A program made the position numbers and the translations under genes. From Amoebophrya sp. A120 (taxonomy: Eukaryota > Protista > Dinoflagellata), in NCBI GenBank assembly GCA_905178155.1, contig CAJINV010000006.1, positions 2,412,172 through 2,418,129 on the forward strand: 5,958 nucleotides of DNA. The letters run 5' to 3'. This document shows, one piece after another, positions 1 through 5,958 of the stretch (the stretch's first letter is position 1; every line of letters starts with the position of its first letter). The notes under the pieces were generated by a model. It made no database searches. It was not told the DNA's origin and saw only the letters and a program-made list of their open reading frames with translations.

Positions 1-32
1 AGCACTCTACTCGCACGCGTGGTCTCACTTCT

Positions 33-71
33 AGAAGACAGAAGCAGAAGTCAGAAGACAGAAGTCAGAAG
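33..71 (+). repeat. AGAAG(A/T)C heptamer microsatellite, about 5.5 units
   Basis: AGAAGAC AGAAGC AGAAGTC AGAAGAC AGAAGTC AGAAG. Confidence 0.85.
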
Positions 72-101
72 AATCGTCGTTTCACCAATTAGTTCGTTCA
101 A

Positions 102-146
102 TGAAGACAGCACACGATCTGTACAAGGAGCTCCTTTTTTCCAAAT
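102..146 (+). repeat. Core repeat copy 1 (45 bp, truncated at its 3' side)
   Basis: TGAAGAC...CCAAAT, then diverges into GATATCAGG. Confidence 0.97.
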
Positions 147-1092
147 GATATCAGGTGGAAGTACCGAAAGGGGAGGACGGAAAAAATACCCCCAGGCGCG
201 GCGAACTAGCACGCAGCCAGGCGCCCGGCCCGAGGTGGGCGCGCAGCCACACACCAGAAGACCTTACGCAACTACCTACCGTATCCAATGGCGAAAAGTG
301 ACCCACGCCCGGCCGCATAGTCGTCAAGGGCTGACAACCCAGGATGGGCCAAGGGCAGTGGTGATATAATGCCTCAGGAGATATGAAGGGGGCGCAGGCC
401 GCATCTGGACAGGCGTCGCGTGCGGTGGCGGTTGCGGCTATCCTCACTGCACACGGTTGGGCAACTACCACGGGGTGAGTGAAGTTATCCTGGAGGCGCG
501 CACAGGTCGCGGCGCAGTGTAGTACTATCCTGAGGTCTTCAGCAAAAACTAAACAGTAAGAGTTTGGTCGCAACAACCAGTAAGTTTTCGTTTTCAGCAA
601 AAGATCACTCGAAGAGCGTAAGACAGGCTCCACGCAGCACTGCAGCATCAAAGCAACAAGTTCGAAAAAAGTAAAAACACAAAAAACAAAACCTTCGACT
701 TCTAGTTCAACTACAGCAAGACTTTAACAAGCTTTCCGTTTACAAAAACAGCTCAACGCAAAAATTTAGACTTTTCAGTTCAACAACCAACCTCTTGATC
801 AATCTACAGACTTTTATTCACTACAGGAACAGTTCAGGCAGACTTGTTAACTTTTCAAAACAGCAATTTTATCAAACGAGCGGTCCTTTTCAGAAGCAAT
901 TTTAACAATCGACTTTTTAAATTTTAAGCAACAATTCCTTTTCGTTAGCAACTCCTTTTCGGTTTTTTCTCAGCAGGCCTAAAGCGGCTCCGGCACACTG
1001 TATTTTTCTTCAAATAGCACTAGAACTACACGAGAGAAGAAAAGACTCTTCACCCGGAATCCGTGTATCCAAAGTCAACAAACAAACAAACA
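147..1092 (+). mobile_element. Cargo A: possible 5'-truncated non-LTR retroelement or retroposed RNA
   Basis: Flanked by a 45-46 bp duplication. GC-rich 5' part (147-540), A-rich G-poor UTR-like part (540-1000), and an (AAAC)n tail (AACAAACAAACAAACA) directly abutting the downstream core. Confidence 0.5.
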
Positions 1093-1146
1093 TGAAGACA
1101 GCACACGATCTGTACAAGGAGCTCCTTTTTTCCAAATACTTACAAA
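1093..1146 (+). repeat. Core repeat copy 2 (54 bp)
   Basis: Exact match to copies 3-5. Contains the perfect palindrome AAGGAGCTCCTT. Confidence 0.97.
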
Positions 1147-1993
1147 CCAGCCACCCCCCGGCGAAGGCCGCCGGGGAGGGGGCTGCTCGGTGGAGGTGTT
1201 CCGGTGGGGAAGGTGGCGCCAGCATTGAATCGCTGCGCGCCGCTTCACAACCAAATAAAAAAATAAAGCTCGGCCCAAGTTGTGGCATGGGTGGGCCCCA
1301 TGCCCGGCCTTAGTAGCTGCGCGCCGTGGGAAAATGCGCACAGGAAAGCATTTGCGGGCACCAACGTTCAAGACGCCACAAGGGCGACGCACCTGCTGCC
1401 AGCGCGCGCGGGCGCTGTGGGAAAGAAGTTGCGGCCACCCTAGGTGGCCGACCAGGTTAAGGCGGGGCGCCGCGCCCCCTCTGGGGGACGCAGAGCGGCG
1501 CACGCACTTTGAACGGCCGCTCTGATCTGAAATTGAAAACAATGCCCGCCGGTCGTTGCGCCCTAGCGAGCTTCTTGAGGGGGCGCCGCGCGCAGACAAG
1601 TCAGCGGGCAGGCTGTGCTCCTGGAGGTGGTCCACGAGAGGGTCCGGGAGAGGGTCGGGGAGAGGGTTCGGGAGAGGTTCAGAGAGGGTCCAGGAGAGGG
1701 TCGGAGAGGTTCCCGGAGAGGGTCCGGGAGAGGGTCGGAGAGGTGCCGAGAGGGTCCGCCGAGAGGTAAAATAGAGGTTCCCGGAGAGGGTCGCGGTAGA
1801 GGGTCGCCTAGAGGGTCGCCCTATACTATGCACCCTCTCCGACCCTCTACACCCTCTTCCCCTACCCTCTACTTGACCTCTCCCCAACCTCTACCCTACC
1901 TCTGCGCGCGTATAGCCCCGCTATAAGGGCGGATATACGGCTCACCCTCTCCCGACCCTCTCCATTACCTCTCGTTTTACCTCTCCCCGACCC
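1147..1993. mobile_element. Cargo B copy 1: 847-bp GC-rich, hairpin-rich non-coding insert
   Basis: Flanked by the exact 54-bp duplication. Contains several perfect stems and mutually complementary minisatellite arrays. Confidence 0.55.
1636..1993. repeat. Purine-rich GAGAGGGTC(C/G)GG minisatellite (1636-1821) followed by complementary GACCCTCTCC-type array (1831-1993)
   Basis: Roughly 10-13 bp units seen directly. TTTTACCTCTC (1975-1985) is the reverse complement of GAGAGGTAAAA (1761-1771). Confidence 0.9.
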
Positions 1994-2047
1994 TGAAGAC
2001 AGCACACGATCTGTACAAGGAGCTCCTTTTTTCCAAATACTTACAAA
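1994..2047 (+). repeat. Core repeat copy 3 (54 bp)
   Basis: Exact match, followed by the 19-bp right end. Confidence 0.97.
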
Positions 2048-2457
2048 TGGTTTAAGTAAGTAACTATTAAAGGTGCAAAAAACTCAGCTCCCGAAACAGC
2101 TCCCAAATTTCTTAATTGAACGCTTCCGGGACCGTCCGAGGGCAGCTTTGCACTTCCGAAAGCGCAAAACCTTTCGACCACACTACGCGCGCCTCTTGAA
2201 GCAGTCTCATTGGTCTTGTCATGGCTCACGATGATCAGACCCCGCGGCGCCTACTGTTTTAAAATATCCAGAAAGGCGGCCGAGATGCTTACTCGTGCGA
2301 CCAGGCGAAGTATCTGCGTAGTTCTTGGCCATTTGCGCGCGGCGGCGTCCCATCTGTGCTCTTTTGGGTCATTTGTGCAGAATAACGCGCCATCTGTGCA
2401 CGATGACGCTTTATCTGGCCGAGAGTGGCCATCGGAGACCGTTTTGCGCGACCAAGT

Positions 2458-2560
2458 CCGAATGCTATAAAAAACACTATGCCGAATGCTATAAAAAACA
2501 TTATGACGAATGCCATAAAAAAGTGCACCCGAACATGATAAAAAACAACACGCCGAAAAG
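2458..2560 (+). repeat. 24-bp tandem repeat, about 4 degenerate units (CCGAATGCTATAAAAAACACTATG)
   Basis: Units start at 2458, 2482, 2506 and 2529, with a partial unit at 2553. Confidence 0.9.
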
Positions 2561-2677
2561 ACAGCGTTAGGTGCGGGTAAGCAACTCAGGAGCAGCCCTA
2601 CCTTTTGACCCCGCAAAACAAAGCTTTTTGTGATGTGCCGGAAGCCGCATCTTTTGCCACTTTTTCTGTGAAAAAGT

Positions 2678-2920
2678 TGCGAAGGTTCCGCATTCCAGAC
2701 GTCCATTCTTCCAGTTTTCGGCTTGCACGTCACAGATTCCATTCCCCATGGAATTTGTGACGCTTGGGCAATTTGGAGTACATGACGAGGAGAGTTCGCA
2801 AATGCGAAGGCTCCGCACGACGAAACTCCATCCCTCAGCTTTTGGCTTGCGCATTACAAATTTCATTCTTCATGGAATTTGTAATGCGTGAGGAACATGG
2901 AATCGCGAGGCGTGGAGTTT
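2678..2920 (+). repeat. Degenerate ~124-bp tandem duplication, each unit containing a hairpin
   Basis: TGCGAAGG(T/C)TCCGCA at 2678/2803, GGCTTGC in both units, ATGGAATTTGT at 2748/2872. Stems at 2728-2762 and 2850-2888. Confidence 0.85.
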
Positions 2921-2967
2921 TTATCTGCGCTACCCAGGCGCCTACTTCGTTTCAAAGGAACCGACGC
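2863..2967 (-). CDS. Tentative second exon (ASVPLKRSRRLG...HEE*); true 3' boundary uncertain
   Basis: Follows the AG acceptor at 2969-2968 and stays open for 34 codons in frame with exon 1. Codon bias fades and the frame runs into a hairpin repeat, so the real exon may end at an earlier GT (e.g. after GCG TCG). Confidence 0.3.
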   Translation of the reverse strand, partial: ASVPLKRSRRLGSADKNSTPRDSMFLTHYKFHEE

Positions 2968-2981
2968 CTTAGTTCGTTCAA

Positions 2982-3035
2982 TGAAGACAGCACACGATCT
3001 GTACAAGGAGCTCCTTTTTTCCAAATACTTACAAA
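2982..3035 (+). repeat. Core repeat copy 4 (54 bp)
   Basis: Exact match, preceded by the 12-bp left end. Confidence 0.97.
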
Positions 3036-3882
3036 CCAGCCACCCCCCGGCGAAGGCCGCCGGGGAGGGGGCTGCTCGGTGGAGGTGTTCCGGTGGGGAA
3101 GGTGGCGCCAGCATTGAATCGCTGCGCGCCGCTTCACAACCAAATAAAAAAATAAAGCTCGGCCCAAGTTGTGGCATGGGTGGGCCCCATGCCCGGCCTT
3201 AGTAGCTGCGCGCCGTGGGAAAATGCGCACAGGAAAGCATTTGCGGGCACCAACGTTCAAGACGCCACAAGGGCGACGCACCTGCTGCCAGCGCGCGCGG
3301 GCGCTGTGGGAAAGAAGTTGCGGCCACCCTAGGTGGCCGACCAGGTTAAGGCGGGGCGCCGCGCCCCCTCTGGGGGACGCAGAGCGGCGCACGCACTTTG
3401 AACGGCCGCTCTGATCTGAAATTGAAAACAATGCCCGCCGGTCGTTGCGCCCTAGCGAGCTTCTTGAGGGGGCGCCGCGCGCAGACAAGTCAGCGGGCAG
3501 GCTGTGCTCCTGGAGGTGGTCCACGAGAGGGTCCGGGAGAGGGTCGGGGAGAGGGTTCGGGAGAGGTTCAGAGAGGGTCCAGGAGAGGGTCGGAGAGGTT
3601 CCCGGAGAGGGTCCGGGAGAGGGTCGGAGAGGTGCCGAGAGGGTCCGCCGAGAGGTAAAATAGAGGTTCCCGGAGAGGGTCGCGGTAGAGGGTCGCCTAG
3701 AGGGTCGCCCTATACTATGCACCCTCTCCGACCCTCTACACCCTCTTCCCCTACCCTCTACTTGACCTCTCCCCAACCTCTACCCTACCTCTGCGCGCGT
3801 ATAGCCCCGCTATAAGGGCGGATATACGGCTCACCCTCTCCCGACCCTCTCCATTACCTCTCGTTTTACCTCTCCCCGACCC
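3036..3882. mobile_element. Cargo B copy 2
   Basis: Identical to 1147-1993 with the same junctions. Confidence 0.55.
3525..3882. repeat. Second copy of the purine/pyrimidine minisatellite pair
   Basis: Part of the 975-bp duplication. Confidence 0.9.
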
Positions 3883-3936
3883 TGAAGACAGCACACGATC
3901 TGTACAAGGAGCTCCTTTTTTCCAAATACTTACAAA
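3883..3936 (+). repeat. Core repeat copy 5 (54 bp)
   Basis: Exact match, followed by the 19-bp right end. Confidence 0.97.
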
Positions 3937-3956
3937 TGGTTTAAGTAAGTAACTAC

Positions 3957-4085
3957 CTCGGTCGCTTTCACCTCGGAACGGGTGGTCTTCTTGCGCAGCA
4001 GGCTTTCGGCCGAGACAACGGTCGCGGAGGCGACGTTGGCGGCGACAGCGCCGAACAGGACCAGGGTCTTCTTGGAGGCGAACAT
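3957..4085 (-). CDS. First coding exon of a putative secreted protein (MFASKKTLVLFGAVAANVASATVVSAESLLRKKTTRSEVKATE, 43 codons)
   Basis: ATG preceded by A-rich context (AAACCCAAAA-ATG). Third codon positions are strongly C/G-biased (TTC GCC TCC AAG AAG ACC CTG GTC...). Basic N-terminus followed by a hydrophobic Ala/Val stretch resembles a signal peptide. Ends at GAG|GT exactly at the element 2 boundary. Confidence 0.75.
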
Positions 4086-5958
4086 TTTTGGGTTTGTGTT
4101 TTTCGCTTCTTTTTTTATCGAAGAAAACAAAAAAAAGTTTTTTTCAGGAACAAAAGCTTTATTCTCGTAGAGGTTGTACTAGTGGTTGGCTTGCTGCCGG
4201 TTTTTTTGAGCCTTGGTTTATTTCAGTATCAGTCGAGGAGTGATGTTTGTTTCCTGTGATCAAAATAGTTTATGGTTGTCTTGTGTGGAACTAAGAAAGA
4301 ACAACCTTTTAGATAGCGACTTCTATTACTTAGTGTATTTTCGAATACTTATCACTAACAGGACGTAGTGCCGCAGAAGTTGTTAACGAGAGTTGAAGAC
4401 GAACTGTAAGTACTTATCATCTGCAGGGGCAGCCTTGGTGTACGACTACGACCACGACATCCACATCAGTGAAGACATATTGATATTTACATACCATATT
4501 CATGACGAAGTTCATGCTTCCCCCGCCGCGAAACAACATCTTACGCGCGATATACTGAACGAGAACGACGTACTTCATGCTTCATAGCAACCGTGGACGA
4601 GGACGACGAAGACGATATCTATTTCAACATTTGCACACGACACAAATTTTTTCTTCTACTACAAGATCTGCCAAGATCTGGTCCATTTCGTCGGGGTGAT
4701 CGTCGTCACAATTTTGCTAGATTTTTCGTGTGGGGCTAGTGTTCTATCCAAGCTTGTACTTACAACTGTAGTCCTCCTATTGGGAGCTGCTGCTATAATC
4801 TCTGGATCTTCGGTGCACATGCACCATTACTTCCTTGCTACAACGCAGACCGACATTATTTGCATCCATTCCGTCACAGGACCATGCACCACGATCCAGT
4901 AATATAGGAAGAAAAGAACATCATCGCACCGTGAAAGCGAGCGGTCGTACGAAAGAACTTAAAAACGTGGGCGGCTGCCATCATGTTGCAAGCATATGAG
5001 CGCCCTGGTTCCTCCCCTGTTCCGTCGATTTTCATCTCCCAGTAGGCTATACTAGCGATAAAAGGTTTTGTCGGATTGTATCTTGAGACGTGGTAGGTTT
5101 CATTCGCAATTCTGTAGTACTTACACTAGAAAATAAGTTTGCTCGCCGTGGCTACCAACATCGCGAGAGGATCGGGTGTGGATTGAAGCAGAATGATGTT
5201 GATTATTAAAGTAGCGGGCTACGCCGCAGGCGCTTCAGAAGTACTCTACTACTCGGGGAAAGTTATATTCTATCGTTGTACAACGGCCGCGCACAGTTCA
5301 TCTCTTTGCCCAGATCATAAATCTTATCCCGTAGAGTAATGCTTTCTTACCCTTCCGTGGCTAGGGCTACTACGTCCTCGAGAAGAGTGGCTGAATATAG
5401 CTGAAAGAAAGGTCGTGGCAACATGATTTGCAGTGTAGATGTAGTACTATAGGCAGCAGGGTACTTAGTACTGAATGAGTACTTTTACCACGTTTAATAT
5501 TCTCTGGGCGGGAAACGGTTAATAAAGGGGATGAAATTGGTTCCATCAGGTTCGTCAATGGGAAGAAGTCTTGTAAGTAAGTACTAACTTTTCACATCCA
5601 CATTGGGGAGAAACAATCAAAGTCTTGGACGAGTTGAGTCGCCAAAAGTTGATCTCTTTGCAGCTGTTTAAAAATGCTTGTTGACGCAATAAAATTGTAT
5701 GTGAATACGAAAAGTAAAGCCTTACAACCCTCTAAAAGATAAATTTACGAGCGATTCTTAAGTAGTGAATGGGCGGCAACATCAAGGTCAAAGTCAGTTG
5801 TGTCGGGTTGCGTCCATAGAGGTAGACGCGGTTGGTGCTCAGTGTCGTGGAAACACTTTCACTTCTACTGTTGACGACTACTACCTAATATCATCCGCCC
5901 CGTCTTGTGATGTAGCAGAGGTTAAAGCACCTCAACTCTTGCAGATGAATCTTTGCTC

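Larger units (their letters stand above)
90..2066. mobile_element. Element 1: same family, carrying cargo A plus cargo B
   Basis: Left end TAGTTCGTTCAA+core is identical to 2970-3026. Right end core+TGGTTTAAGTAAGTAACTA is identical to 3883-3955. Flanks (AAT / TTA) show no duplication, so a single insertion event is not proven. Confidence 0.6.
1092..2066 (+). repeat. 975-bp direct repeat, copy 1
   Basis: Matches 2981-3955 at offset 1889. No mismatch seen by eye, and the ORF translations within both copies are identical. Confidence 0.97.
2970..3955. mobile_element. Element 2: introner-like non-autonomous element carrying cargo B
   Basis: Termini TAGTT/AACTA, a 5-bp inverted repeat with scattered further matches (TAGTTnnTTnnnTnAA). 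CCT lies on both sides (2967-2969, 3956-3958). Both termini recur at 90 and 2066 in different flanking sequence. Confidence 0.75.
2981..3955 (+). repeat. 975-bp direct repeat, copy 2
   Basis: Matches 1092-2066. Confidence 0.97.
2968..3956 (-). other. Predicted 989-nt GT-AG phase-0 spliceosomal intron created by element 2
   Basis: Minus strand reads GAG|GTAGTTACTT...GAACGAACTAAG|GCG. The donor G and the acceptor AG come from the duplicated AGG. Splicing would regenerate the pre-insertion sequence exactly. Confidence 0.65.

Noticed and set aside
151-651. 166-aa minus-strand ORF (and the + ORF 19-369)
   Set aside because: No recognisable motif. The + ORF crosses a microsatellite and the element boundary, and GC richness explains the open frames.
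1092-1313. MKTAHDLYKELLFSKYLQ ORF with an apparently good AAACATG context
   Set aside because: The ATG context is formed by the cargo A tail/core junction, and the peptide is just the translated core repeat, which continues differently at each copy.
1010-1926. Overlapping ORFs in cargo B (up to 270 aa), and their twins at 2863-3815
   Set aside because: Open in many frames on both strands because GC-rich minisatellites lack stops. The products are low-complexity, with no domain or codon bias.
1993-2025. Hammerhead ribozyme (CTGAAGA resembles CUGANGA, followed by a CAG/CTG stem)
   Set aside because: The required GAAA after stem II is absent, and the initial C is missing in three of the five copies.
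2049-2066. Spliced-leader gene (GGTTTAA like nematode SL1; AACTAA like the kinetoplastid SL on the minus strand at the left end)
   Set aside because: Matches are only 6-7 nt, with no remaining SL exon sequence. No dinoflagellate SL (CCGTAGCCATTTTGGCTCAAG) was seen either.
2251-2742. 163-aa minus-strand ORF
   Set aside because: It runs through the 24-bp and 20-bp repeats with no codon bias or domain.
2062-2974. CACTA-like element read inside-out (AACTA...TAGTT)
   Set aside because: Flanking triplets differ (AGT/CGT), and these pentamers travel with the outer repeats at 90 and 3955, so they belong to elements 1 and 2.
102-3936. CRISPR array
   Set aside because: Spacers are 850-950 bp, one is duplicated, there are no cas genes and the context is eukaryote-like. 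Only the growth logic is analogous.
1092-3955. LTR retrotransposon/TRIM with 975-bp LTRs
   Set aside because: No TG...CA termini, flanking duplication, recognisable PBS/PPT or gag/pol. It also fails to explain the core copy and left end at 90-146.
4504-4583. 17-bp imperfect direct repeat GACG(AAG/TAC)TTCATGCTTC, 63 bp apart
   Set aside because: Only two copies with no associated structure; probably a small local duplication.

Overview
This looks like eukaryotic (probably protist) DNA with no recognisable enzyme gene, dominated by a nested repeat system. A 45-54 bp core (TGAAGACAGCACACGATCTGTACAAGGAGCTCCTTTTTTCCAAAT[ACTTACAAA]) occurs five times (102, 1093, 1994, 2982, 3883). The copies parse as two members of one element family bounded by TAGTT...AACTA. 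Element 1 (90-2066) is left end-core-cargo A-core-cargo B-core-right end. Element 2 (2970-3955) is left end-core-cargo B-core-right end. Element 2 is flanked by a CCT duplication and on the minus strand forms an exact GT...AG phase-0 intron (3956-2968) after a codon-biased, signal-peptide-like first exon (4085-3957), as expected of an intron-generating (introner-like) element. The inferred empty element is 85 bp. Two unrelated ~0.85-0.95 kb cargos have entered it at the same nucleotide, each with a long target duplication. Between the elements lie short tandem repeats and a duplicated hairpin with compensatory changes. I could not resolve 4100-5958. Most ORFs in the supplied track are probably artefacts of GC-rich repeats.
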